From contig JALMLS010000304.1 of the NCBI GenBank assembly GCA_038496445.1, positions 372,001 to 436,000 on the forward strand: DNA of 64,000 nt, in the 5' to 3' direction. The notes beneath the pieces were generated by a model. It did no database searches, was not told the DNA's origin, and saw only the letters and a program-made list of their open reading frames with translations. The translations under genes and the position numbers were made by a program. Of the stretch, positions 26,840-38,616 are shown piece after piece. The number at the start of each line of letters is the position of its first letter. The stretch's first letter is position 1. The DNA comes from Trichosphaerium sp. ATCC 40318. Taxonomy: Eukaryota; Protista; Tubulinea.

Positions 26840-29800
26840 TTACAGTGTTGCAGTATTTATCGGTTGTGTTGAACTACCCATCCCTACAGGAGCTGACGTG
26901 GGACCTAAACTTGAGCCAGTTCGTGAATCTCTAGACAATTGTGTATCCATACAAGCACATGCAGGAGTCTTGTGAATAAAGAACGAGTTTACAGTGATTG
27001 CTAAAAGTACATTAGATTGTTGTATGAACACTTTTGTACCTGAACCAGAAATGATACACATAGATACAATAATAAATCTTGTAAATCTATCAATATCTGT
27101 TGCAGCGAGTACAACACTCAACATTGCAAAGAAAGCGACATTGTACACTGTGAAGAAGATTATCTTAGATTCATTGTATCTTTTGATTGGAATTGTTCTT
27201 ATTCTGAATGCAAACACACTACAAACCAACAGCAAGAATGCCTAAAATAAAAATGTATCTGGTGAGTTCCTTAATACATTATACAAGTCGTACATTTGAT
27301 GCAACTATGATGTACATGATAATTTCAAAAGCAGAATTGTATTTGCAAGAATGATAGTTCTGAAATACTCTGATTGAATCGACAACAACCACTTCACTTG
27401 AAGAACTTCCAACAGTTGTCTGAAATATTTAGTAACCTCAGTAGCATTAAGCGAGTGTACCATTATGACCAAGAGAATAACATGACAAATGACAAGAGAT
27501 CCAACCCATAAAAGAACCATCTTATCACTGATTCTGATCACTTGTGTTGTTTTCAATCGATACAATCTATCAAGACGAAGTGTTTTCCCAAGTAAGGGCC
27601 TATAAACGGGTAAGTGTCAACAATAATTTAGTTGTCTAAGTACCCGAAGAGTAGAATAAAACCAAGATCAAGAACCCAAATAGATGCATTACATGTGAAA
27701 TTGGAAACAACATTTGGAAGCAAAGTGAATACAGAGATGTACAACAATGAGCTTCCAACAATCATTAATCCCATGAATAAAGGTGATGACGCCTACAACA
27801 GTCATAAAGTCAGCAACAATAAATGGAGATTATGTACCTTGACTTTTTTGTTGCCAAGACTGAGAACAAGGAAAATAGCCCATCCTACATTGATACAAAA
27901 GAAAATGATGGCGACAATAGTTACAAATATTTCCGTCCAATGACCTGGTCAAGAAGTGATTAGCTTTTGTATTTACTGAAGATGTACCATATTGTGGATG
28001 AAATATACGTTCATGCCATTTGGGCATTGGATAAATCAAGTCTGCCAGTTTCGTTGGAGGAGGTCCTATCAGAGTGAAACGACCCTTTTCTTGCATTTGA
28101 AAATGTAACCAATCCCTAAACATTGTTTTAAAAAGATACAATCTTCAATCTGATAATTTTCTTACCTTTGTTGAAATCCATCAACATCCCATGAATATCG
28201 TCCAGCAAGTGTATCTTCTTTGAATCGAAACATGTTGTCATGTATTATTTCGTCAATCTATGTGTTGTGTTATGAAGGGATAAAAATACAATCTAAATAG
28301 TGTACGGTGTTATCTGCACAGGCACTGGTTGAGATAGAAGAAGTGACTTGTATTGATGAGTTGGCATTCAACTTTTCCAAAAAAAGTTAGTGATCGTGAT
28401 ACATACACTTAGCGTTCACGTACAACAATAGCATCTCCATAATCTATCACTGCTTTTTTAATCGCTTTGTTGAGTAACGATAAAAGAATAGCATAGGTGG
28501 TAAAGTCGCTGTTGAGGTCTCTTCCATGTCTCTTTTTGAATCCATCATTAAGTTGTGAATAGTTTCCATATTCTGCCGTTGCAGGGAACTTCATATCCGC
28601 AGAAAACTACAGAAAACAATTTCAATGTGCTAACAAACATAAATGGGACATACCTGAGACTCAGCAGTAACGTATTGCCATAGATCCATGTCCAATCGTA
28701 TTAACCTGTTTGGGGTTGCATCTGTAAAACCAACATATCTTGGGGTGTAGTCTTCTTTACGAAGGGTATCCATAATCAATCCAACAGCATCCCATTGTTT
28801 ACTACAAATAAACCTGGAAAGTGTCAGTTTTAATTTATTTCGTATGTGTAAGGACATACCATGCATCAGCGTCATCCTTTTTCGCCATCAGAGCTATTTT
28901 TGATATGTTCTTAGTCACAGATTCTGAGAAGTTACCAAAGGGTACAGCAATGTACTCTATAAGAGCCTCAGCGTCAACTAGCAGAATAAGATTGTATTCA
29001 AGGCGTACAACGTACACTCTATGGTATATTCAGATTTGATTGTGAATCCTTGTAATCGTAACTCATCTCTGAATAGTTTACTTGAGCACCTTTATGGATA
29101 CAAAATCAGACAGTAAGAATAAAACGGGAAACGTACATTGTTCCAAAAACATTCTCATCAGAATAAATTAATGTCACTGTTTTAGCACCAACAACACGTA
29201 ATGGTGGTAAAGCCGCAAAGAAACCTCGTTCTCTTGGAAGTCCAACACTGAGACAACAAGATGTTCCATTTGCTTGTTCATTGAATTTGTTGCTTGTTGA
29301 CACTACACTGAAGCATCAGAAATATTAACTCTACAATAAACAGGTGCGCACACAGTAATCGTTTTTTCTCTTCCATTAATTCAATAACAGGAGGGCTATG
29401 GTTTACAACAGCAGGTCCAACAAAAAAGGAAATAGAAGAGTCGTTCAAACCTTTCTCGTATAATTCTTTCGTGTATGTACTGTTAAACTGTCCATTGATA
29501 AGCCTGTTACAATATCGTGAGTACTACCAGCGTTGAATAAACCTGCCACATTGCGTTGTACGTACTCATATTTCAACCTATATTTCTCCCCTCCTATTGT
29601 GACCGGAGCGTCTTGATCAACTATTAGATCTGAAAAGTAGTCCAAAGAATCCCTTGCGCTGGTAAGGAGAAAATTGCCAATAATAATTTGTACTTTAAAT
29701 CTAATATGAAGCTCTCAAACTCCTTGGACCACGCTCCCACTTGTACTAATATAAAGTGAGAAACACGTAGTCGTTGTTTTTAAAGCAACTAAAACTCCTG

Positions 29801-30128
29801 AACAGTTACACAGTAAATAAGGCGGATTTCTAACACCATAGTAAAAACAGCAAAGGTGAATCATAACGGGTAAACATCGGAAGCTTTTTGGTTTTGGAGT
29901 TTTTACCCCGATGTATTTTTAAAACGCGCTACCCCTTACCAACACGTGATACGCGTTGGTCCAAAGATAGTTGCTCAGATCAAAAATGATTAGAAAAGGC
30001 AGTAAATCTCCTCATACGAGTGTTAACGTACGTATTGTTATGTTTTTGACTGCGAAAGCATCCGGAATAGTCAGCAATCCAATAAATATTACAATCATAC
30101 TTAATACTCTCGTGTTTAATACACACAT
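26840..30128 (-). CDS. Class C GPCR, copy 5
   Basis: Same exon structure; N-terminal half closest to copy 4; ends QPINTATL*. Confidence 0.88.
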
Positions 30129-31089
30129 GGCTACTAGCAAGCTAAGCTTAAATAAGATGCATGAACGTTGCCCGAAACGAAAAATCGTCAAAAACGACAA
30201 GCCAGAAAATGAAGCGATCTTCGTTGTAGAACACGTGATTACATTATAAACGCGCTCTACATCAACACATTGCCAGAAGTCGTACTCAGTTGTATTCACT
30301 CTGTTTTATTCGCTTGTAATCGCTTTTATCTAGTATTCCAGTTGTACTACGCTGTAAAAACGTGTCAACAATATACTACGTGCTTGTAAAAATTTAGACT
30401 TGTAGTTTGTGAACTGGCAAATGGCTGACTAAAACACAATAGCTACAATGTCTCCGAAAAATATGTTTGTAAGACGTTTTGAGTAATGTGATGTATTGAG
30501 CCATTTCATTATTACTATGGTGAGAAAACGTACTGCCAGCTATCAACTATTTTTTGCATAGTAACTTTTATTTTCACAATTTCCAAAGGTACTGTCGATA
30601 AGCTCGGTTTTCTGGTGTTTTCATATTCTGACTTTGCGGAAAAACAAGTTTTTATGAGAACATGCTCTAAACCTCAATACGGATAACATGAACCACTCTT
30701 TAGCTGCTCACATACGTGCTCTTGAATATGATAAACTAATAAATGATTTGCAGCACATGTTACTCTCCGCCTCCCGAAAGTGACATTGCTGGAGTCCATA
30801 TTTTCCTACGTTCATAACCCTGGGCGTTATAGGATAACAAAAGCCGGTAACCTCAGTAGTTTGAGGCACCAATGTTGTATTCAGAGCCTCAAACAACATG
30901 TTGGAACAGCGTGTAGCCTTTCCGGCTGTCGACTCTGTACGCACGCACATATACTGTTTTTTTAAGGGTGCGGTATCGATGGGATTGATAACGTTTCTGT
31001 TCGAGTGTTTAGCGTAAAGGCTTTGTCACTGTTCCTTTCTCGACAAAAAAAAAACTGGAAAAAAACTGGCTTTGCTGAGTTTCCTTATC

Positions 31090-31923
31090 TATTGTCCGTA
31101 TCATTCAAGTTTGCTAATCTTTGCAACTTTTTGCTGTTTGTGACTTTTGATTTTCGAGTTTAGTCAGATCTGACAGATCTTGCAAGTTCTGTTAGTTCTT
31201 ACAGAACTGACAATTTTGCTAGAACTAGCAGACCCAACGTTTGAAATGTGATTCACGTTATTGAAGGCTTGCTAGGCGGAAAAATCATGAATTTGCACTG
31301 GCCACGTGATTTTAAAAACCCACCTAACATTTATTTTATTTTACAATAATATGGTTACATGGTGTCCGTACCACAATATCGCCTCCAGAGATACTTTGAG
31401 CGCTTTTGGAATTAATCTTTACGGTTTTTTCCCGTTGATACGCCTCTTGACGGTTTTTTCCCCGTTGATACGCCTCTTGACGGTTTTTTCCCCGTTGACG
31501 CCTCTTGACGCTATGATTGTGTCAGCACTAGCGCGTGGCGGCGTAGTACGTTAGGCAACAAATAACAAGTAATTCGTACCTTTTGGTCTTGTTCGGCTCC
31601 TTTGGGCGCTTCTATGGTGAGTGTAGCATTTACAAGCGCACTTACGCAAAATACTGCGATAGTCTTGTTAGATGATGTGACTTTGACATTGTATTTTTTT
31701 CTTGCCTTAAGGTACATAAGCACGGCAAGCAAGGTACATTGACTGGAGTTGTGGAATGTGATGCATTCACATTGCACTGAACCTTCAAGTTTTTAACAGA
31801 TCTGACAGAACTTACAAGAACTAGCAAAAGTGACAAGATCTGACAGATCTGTTACTTCTTGCAAGATCTTACACTTTGATACTTCTGCCAAACCTGTCGC
31901 AAACTTGAATGATACGTACAATA
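31090..31923. mobile_element. Non-autonomous TIR DNA transposon (MITE-like), ~830 bp
   Basis: 25-bp terminal inverted repeats, tattgtccgtatcattcaagtttgc (31090-31114) and gcaaacttgaatgatacgtacaata (31899-31923), 24/25 match. Subterminal cagatctgacag and agaactagca repeats at both ends; no transposase ORF. Confidence 0.8.
31421..31510. repeat. ~30-bp tandem repeat x3 inside the MITE-like element
   Basis: Unit acggttttttccccgttgatacgcctcttg repeated three times with small indels. Confidence 0.95.
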
Positions 31924-31953
31924 CATGCTAAAACAACCTTTATTTTCACTCTT

Positions 31954-34900
31954 TTACAGTGTTGTACTATCTACTGGTTGTGTCGAACTACCCATCCCTA
32001 CAGGAGCTGATACACGACCTAAACTTGAGCCAGTTCGTGAATCTCTAGACAATTGTGCATCCATACAAGCACATGCAGGAGTCTTGTGAATAAAGAACGA
32101 GTTTACAGTGATTGCTAAACGTACATTAGATTGTTGTATGAACACTTTTGTACCTGAACCAGAAATGATACACATAGATACAATAATAAATCTTGTAAAT
32201 CTATCAATGTCTGTGGCAGCGAGTACAACACTCAACATTGCAAAGAAAGCAACATTGTACACAGTGAAGAAGATTATCTTAGATTCATTGTATCTTTTGA
32301 TTGGAATTGTTCTTATTCTAAACGCAAACACACTACAAACCAACAATAGAAATGCCTAAAATAAAAATATATCTGGTGAGTTCCTTAATACATTATACAA
32401 GTCGTACATTTGATGAAACTATGATGTACATGATAATTTCAAAAGCAGAATTGTATTTGCAAGAATGATAGTTCCGAAATACTCTGATTGAATCAACAAC
32501 AATCACTTCACTTGAAGAACTTCCAACAGTTGTCTGAAATATTTAGTAACCTCAGTAGCATTAAGCGAGTGTACCATTATGACCAAGAGAATAACATGAC
32601 AAATGACAAGAGATCCAACCCACAAAAGAACCATCTTGTCACTGATTCTGATCACTTGTGTTGTTTTCAATCGATACAATCTATCAAGACGAAGTGTTTT
32701 CCCAAGTAAAGGTCTGCAAGGGGATAAGTAACATCAACAATAATTTATGTCTAAGTATTAAGTACCCGAAGAGTAGAATGAAACCAATATCAAGAATCCA
32801 AATTGATGCATTACATGTGAAATTGGAAACAACATTTGGAAGCAAAGTGAATACAGAGATGTACAACAACGAGCTTCCAACAATCATTAATCCCATGAAT
32901 AAAGGTGATGACGCCTAAAAAAGTCATAATGGTTACAGTAAAAGATAAAAGAGTTACTACATACCTTGACTTTTTTGTTGCCAAGACTGAGAATAAGAAA
33001 AACAGCCCATCCTACATTGATACAAAAGAAAATGATGGCAACAACAGTTATGAATATTTCTGTCCAATGACCTGATATAACAAATTAGATGATTGATTGT
33101 ATCAAAGATGTACCATATTGTGGATGAAATATACGTTCATGCCATTTGGGCATTGGATAAATCAAGTCTGCCAGTTTCGTTGGAGGAGGTCCTATCAGAG
33201 TGAAACGACCCTTTTCTTGCATTTGAAAATGTAACCAATCCCTAAACATTGTTTTAAAAAGATACTCAATCTGATAATTTTCTTACCTTTGTTGAAATCC
33301 ATCAACATCCCATGAGTATCGCCCAGCAAGTGTATCTTCTTTGAATCGAAACATGTTGTCATGTATTATTTCGTCAATCTATGTGTTGTGTTATGAAGGG
33401 ATAAAAATACAATCTAAATAGTGTACGGTCTTATCTGCACAGGAACTGGTTGAGATAGAAGAAGTGAGTTGTATTGATGAGTTGGCATTCAACTTTTCCA
33501 AAAAAAGTTAGTGATCGTGATACATACACTTAGCGTTCACGTACAACAATAGCATCTCCATAATCTATCACTGCTTTTTTAATCGCTTTGTTGAGTAACG
33601 ATAGAAGAATACCATAGCTGAGAAAGTCGCTGTTGAGGTCTCTTCCATGTCTCTCTTTGAATCCATCATTGAGTTGTGAATAGTTTCCATATTCTGCTGT
33701 TGGAGGGAACTTCATATCGGGTGAATACTGCCCAACAATAAGTACGTACAAATATAAAATAGAACATACCTGAGACTCAGCACTGACATAGTGCCATAGA
33801 TCCATATCCAGGTTAACTAACCTTCTTGCATCCGCATTTGTAAAACCAACATATCTTGGGGTGTAGTCTTCTTTACGAAGGGTATCCATAATCAATCCAA
33901 CAGCATCCCATTGTTTACTACAAATAAACCTGGAAAGTGTCAGAGGTTTTAATTTAATTTTCGTATGTGTAAGTACATACCATGCATCAGCGTCATCCTC
34001 TTTCGCCATCAGAGCTATTTTTGATATGTTCTTAGTCACAGATTCTGAGAAATTACTAAAAGGTACAGGAATATATGTGTTTAAAGATGAAGCATTAACT
34101 ATCACAAAATAAGATTGTATTCAAGGTGTACAACGTACACTCCATGGCATATTCAGATTTGATTGTGAATCCTTGCAATCGTAACTCATCTCTGAATAGT
34201 TTACTCGAGCACCTTTTCAGTCACATAAGCTAGATGGTAAGAATAAAACGGGAAAACGTACATAACTCCAAACAGATTCTCGTCAGTATAAATTAATGTC
34301 ACAGTTTTAGCACCAACAACACGTAATGGTGGTAAAGCCGCAAAGAAACCTCGTTCTCTTGGAAGTCCAACACTGAGACAACAAGATGTTCCATTTGCTT
34401 GTTCATTGAATTTGTTGCTTGTTGACACTACACTGAAGCATCAGAGATATCAACTCTACAATAAACCAGATACGTACACAGTAATCGTCTGTTTTGTTCC
34501 ATTAATTCAATGATGTGGGGATTATGCTCTACAATAGCAGGGCTAATAAAAAAGGAAATAGAAGAGTCATTCAACCCTTTCTCGTATATTTCTTTCGTGT
34601 ATGTGAAATTGTAATTTGTATTGATTATTCTAGTGCAATCGTGAGTACCATTGTATACCTGTCATCCTTGTATTATATGTACTCGTATTTCAACCTAAAT
34701 TTCTCCCCTCCTATTGTGACCGGAGCATCTTGTTCAACTAACAGATCCGAAAAGAAGTCCGCAGAATCCCTTGGCGCTTGTTAGAGAAAAATATCACAAA
34801 AAAAAACACAATAATAATCTGTACTTTAAATCTAATATAAAACTCTCAAACTCCTTGGGCCACGCTCCCGCTTGTACTACAACAAAGTAAGAAACGCCAT

Positions 34901-35197
34901 CGTTATTGTTTTTGAGGCACAAAAAACCGCCTGGATAATTTGCCACACTTTTACACTACACGTATTTGCAGTAATCCAAGGATGTACTTTAAAACGGACT
35001 ACTCTCTAACCCACACGCGATACGCGTTGGTCCAAAGATAGCTGTTCAGGTCAAAAATAATTTGGAAAACGTTTTGAATCTCATCAAACAAGTTTCTACG
35101 CACGTATTGTTATGTTTTTGACCGCAAAAGTATCCGGAATAGTCAGCAATACAATAAATATTACAATCATATTTACTCTCGCGTAGTATGCACACAT
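31954..35197 (-). CDS. Class C GPCR, copy 6
   Basis: Same exon structure; shorter intron 1; ends QPVDSTTL*. Confidence 0.88.
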
Positions 35198-35860
35198 GGA
35201 TTAACAAGCTAAGGTTAAAATAAGATGAATGAACGTTGCCTGTAAAAATCGTTAAAGAAGAAAAAGACAATCGTCGAACAAGAAAATGAAGTCATCTTCG
35301 TTGTAGAACACGTGATTACATTATAAACGTGCTCAACACATGTTAACAAATCGCTAGAAGTCGTACTTTGTTGTATTCACTCTGTTTTATGTTGTAATTG
35401 TCGCCTGTACGCTATTGGCTGTTATTCCAATTGTTGTAAGCTGTGAAAACGTGTCAGCAATGCTACGCTTCTTAATAAAGAAAAAGTGAGTGTGTAATTT
35501 GTGAACTACAAACTGGTAGACGCCACTTGAAAGCAGCTGTGAGATCAAGCTACTGAATAAATACAATGATTAAATTAACACGGTAACCGAGCAGTTACCA
35601 TCTTTTTGTTTATTATTGTGAGCGAAGGTAGGTTTCCGGCCTGAGCGAAGCGACGGGCCTGACGGAAAGCAAACAGAGCCCTCTAGTCTTGCATTCGTTG
35701 TACCATATTCGCATTGTTCGAATAAGTTGATTACCCGTAAACTCCGAAAATATGTTTGTTAGCTTCAAGCAAAACCAATGACCATGTTTAATGTTTTAGT
35801 GTGACAATTTATTTATACATGAAACAACCTTTTTAAACAGTATGGTACAGTACAAGTTAA

Positions 35861-37803
35861 CTAACATACAACTGGTACGTCGTAAGGGATTAATTCATCA
35901 GATTCCCTGAAGCCACCAGTGAAATACTGTAAAGCTTCTTCAGAATCATTGTTGAAGTACTCGATCGTTTGATGAAACAGAGTCGCAAGGAGTCTGCTCG
36001 CTTTTTCTTCGTCAATACGAAGAAATAAATCTGGGGATTGATGTGCTTCAGGATTGGCATTATCGGTAACTATCCAGTGGTTTGCTCCTTTGATGAAGAA
36101 AGCCAAATTCTTGTCGTTGTTGGCAACTCCGTATCTAGTGTATCCTCTCATAAAGTTGTCGGCAGACTCAATGCCACTGTGTTGGTCAATACCGCCTCTG
36201 AACCATCCACCAAATTTACCAGGAAGCAAGCTTGGTATGAAAGCTGGTGGAGCACCATTCAGATTTCCTGCAGCTATACCGCCATACTGAACAACGCCTT
36301 TTACATTTGGTCTCGAAGTTACGTCGAATGTTCCGCAGTTGATTGAGCTTGTACCATTGCATATAGCTGTTCCTTGTTCGTTTGCTGATACACAAAATAT
36401 AGCATTAGAACCTCCAAAAGAGTGCCCAGAAAATATAATGTTGTCCAGGTCGACGTTTGGCTTCAGGGATGGGTTTGCGATCCAAAAAGCTTCGAGGGCA
36501 TCCAAAGACGAGCAAGGAGCAAGGTTGACTAGTCCTGGGATAGGAGGAAAAGAAATAAATCTAGATACTATCGCTACAACATAGCCTTGGGTAGCAATGT
36601 TGGCTGCTAGTCGAGAGTAGTCCGAAGATCGATTGAATCCGCTTCCGCCAGCAAGGAATACTAATAACGGAAAGTTTTCGGAAGGAGCATCAGGGTAGGT
36701 GATAAACATGTCGTATGGAACGCCAAAAGGAAATTCGTTTGTAGGAACGTCGTATTGAGTTGTTAATACTGTGTATTGAGGCTGGAATGCTGTTGGAAGA
36801 CCAAGGTCCTTACGCTCGAAAAGTGCATTATTTCTTGCAGATATTATATCAGATCGAAGGAATCCTGAGATTTCTGCGTTGTTACGGAGTTCGGTGGTGC
36901 CGTTTACCCAAATACCTGGCGTTCAGGATTAGTAAACACATGGTGCACGGAATATTTTTTGTGTTCGAAAAAAAATCACCTCCAATACAAAACATTCACG
37001 TGAAAATTTTACGCTTTATCACGTGATGATTTTTTTTTTTTGTATTTTCGTATTTTCGTACCTCCACAGGTTTCAAAGTCATTTCTGGCTATCAAGTCTC
37101 CATAAATATGTAGGGTTCCTTTACATCCTCCGAAAGAAACCGAAGCGTCGTTTCTAAGCTCTAAATTTCCATTGATAATAACTCTTGCGTTTTCATCAAA
37201 AGTCAGCTCCACGTTGTTCCTGCCAGTTACGTCGCCTTCAATGTACACAACGGATCCAGATACGTGAGTATTAGGATCAATATCATTGGGAAAGGTTTTA
37301 CACCTAGGACCTGATCCAAGGCTTCTAAAGGACTAAAGGTGAAGTTAGAAAAATATTGTGATTTTATTCGAAAAAAAGGTATGTACCGTCGCGCGAAAGA
37401 CTTCATCAAAATTAAATATGCGTGTTACATTTGTAAAGGTCATGTTTTGTGGTCTTGGAACTATGCCAAGAATAGATTCAAACTCAAGTGTGTTTGAGGG
37501 GTCCAAATTGAAGGTACTAATGTCATCAATATCAGCGCCATTTCTAATAGACACAGAGCCTACAACATCCAAAGATTGTCCGCTTGGATTATTTAGGAGA
37601 TTCACATCACCTTGTACAAAGCCTTCGTCGAATGAAAACCCGTTCCTTGCTTCTAAACCGCCTGTAGATATGAAATTTCCACTAATGCTGCCGTCATTTC
37701 TTAGCGACATTTTACCACTGGTTGTAACCGCAAATTGGTCGAGTTGCTGTGCATGTAGGACGACAAGGACAGCGAAGAGGACAGTTATCGTTTTAAAACC
37801 CAT
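35861..37803 (-). CDS. Secreted beta-solenoid + chlorophyllase/cutinase-like alpha/beta hydrolase fusion (3 exons)
   Basis: Signal peptide MGFKTITVLFAVLVVLHA. Two GT-AG introns join three ORF-track pieces in frame; the last acceptor is at 36916, and 36913 to the 36709 ATG is 204 nt with no stop. Hydrolase motifs PLLVFLAG, IATQGYVV, GHSFGG and IKGANH. Confidence 0.82.
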
Positions 37804-38616
37804 CTATGCGAATATTAATATGGAAGAGGGCAGCAGCTATCTAGGTGTACCTTATTGGAGATGTGTTGTAACGGTTGAGATGTTTATTGAATGAAATTAT
37901 TTCCGGAAAAAAATTCACAAATAAAAGCTACGCAGAACCGTCTATCCCACGCGGGTTTTTATTCAGTTTTTCTGCACATAGTATGGTAATTTTGAGAGGT
38001 TTTAGGGTCTGAGTTTGGATAGGATGCGCTAGAACGATGGTTCAATTTGGGTTATAGATAGAATTTCTGAAATTATTTCTGCCTGTTTGGAAAATCTACA
38101 TAGTAAAAACAGGGTTCTCTCCTCTTTGAGCCTGGTTTCTTCAAGGTTTTGGGAACAAAACATTTCCTTCTATCTTGTGATTTGAAGGTTGAGTTTAATA
38201 CTACATACACGTTATGGTAAACTACTGGAGAACACGTGTTTTGTCCGCTTTATCAACTGTAGCCAAACAAAAGCTGAAAACTTTTTTTTTGTCTGCGAGA
38301 CACTCTACCACAAACTTGAGGCGTAGGGCATGTCAATAAACAAACTTTGGCCGTTGCTATCAATTAAAAGAAACCAGACCTGAATAATATCGTACATTAA
38401 TACTAAAGTGTCACAGACGTTAGCGTAGCAGTGTTCTTGCGAAAATATATTTTATTTTATTTTATTTTCAGAAGAATTCACAAGAGTTGTGACAACCGAA
38501 AGGTGTATTTATAAAATTTTTCTTTAGAACGCCATTTTGATTGGAAAATATACTAACATATGTACACTATTACCCAAGCGTTGTTTAACAGCACTGTGAG
38601 TTCGAAATGAACATCA

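Noticed and set aside
31421-31510. CRISPR-like 30-bp repeats
   Set aside because: Head-to-tail units with no spacers, eukaryotic context and no cas genes.
10464-33000. Recurrent plus-strand ORFs (MNRQQSLHL..., MLFSIDTIY..., MIHIDTII...)
   Set aside because: Antisense shadows of the conserved GPCR exons.
37358-37894. 178-aa plus-strand ORF
   Set aside because: Antisense to exon 1 of the solenoid-hydrolase gene.
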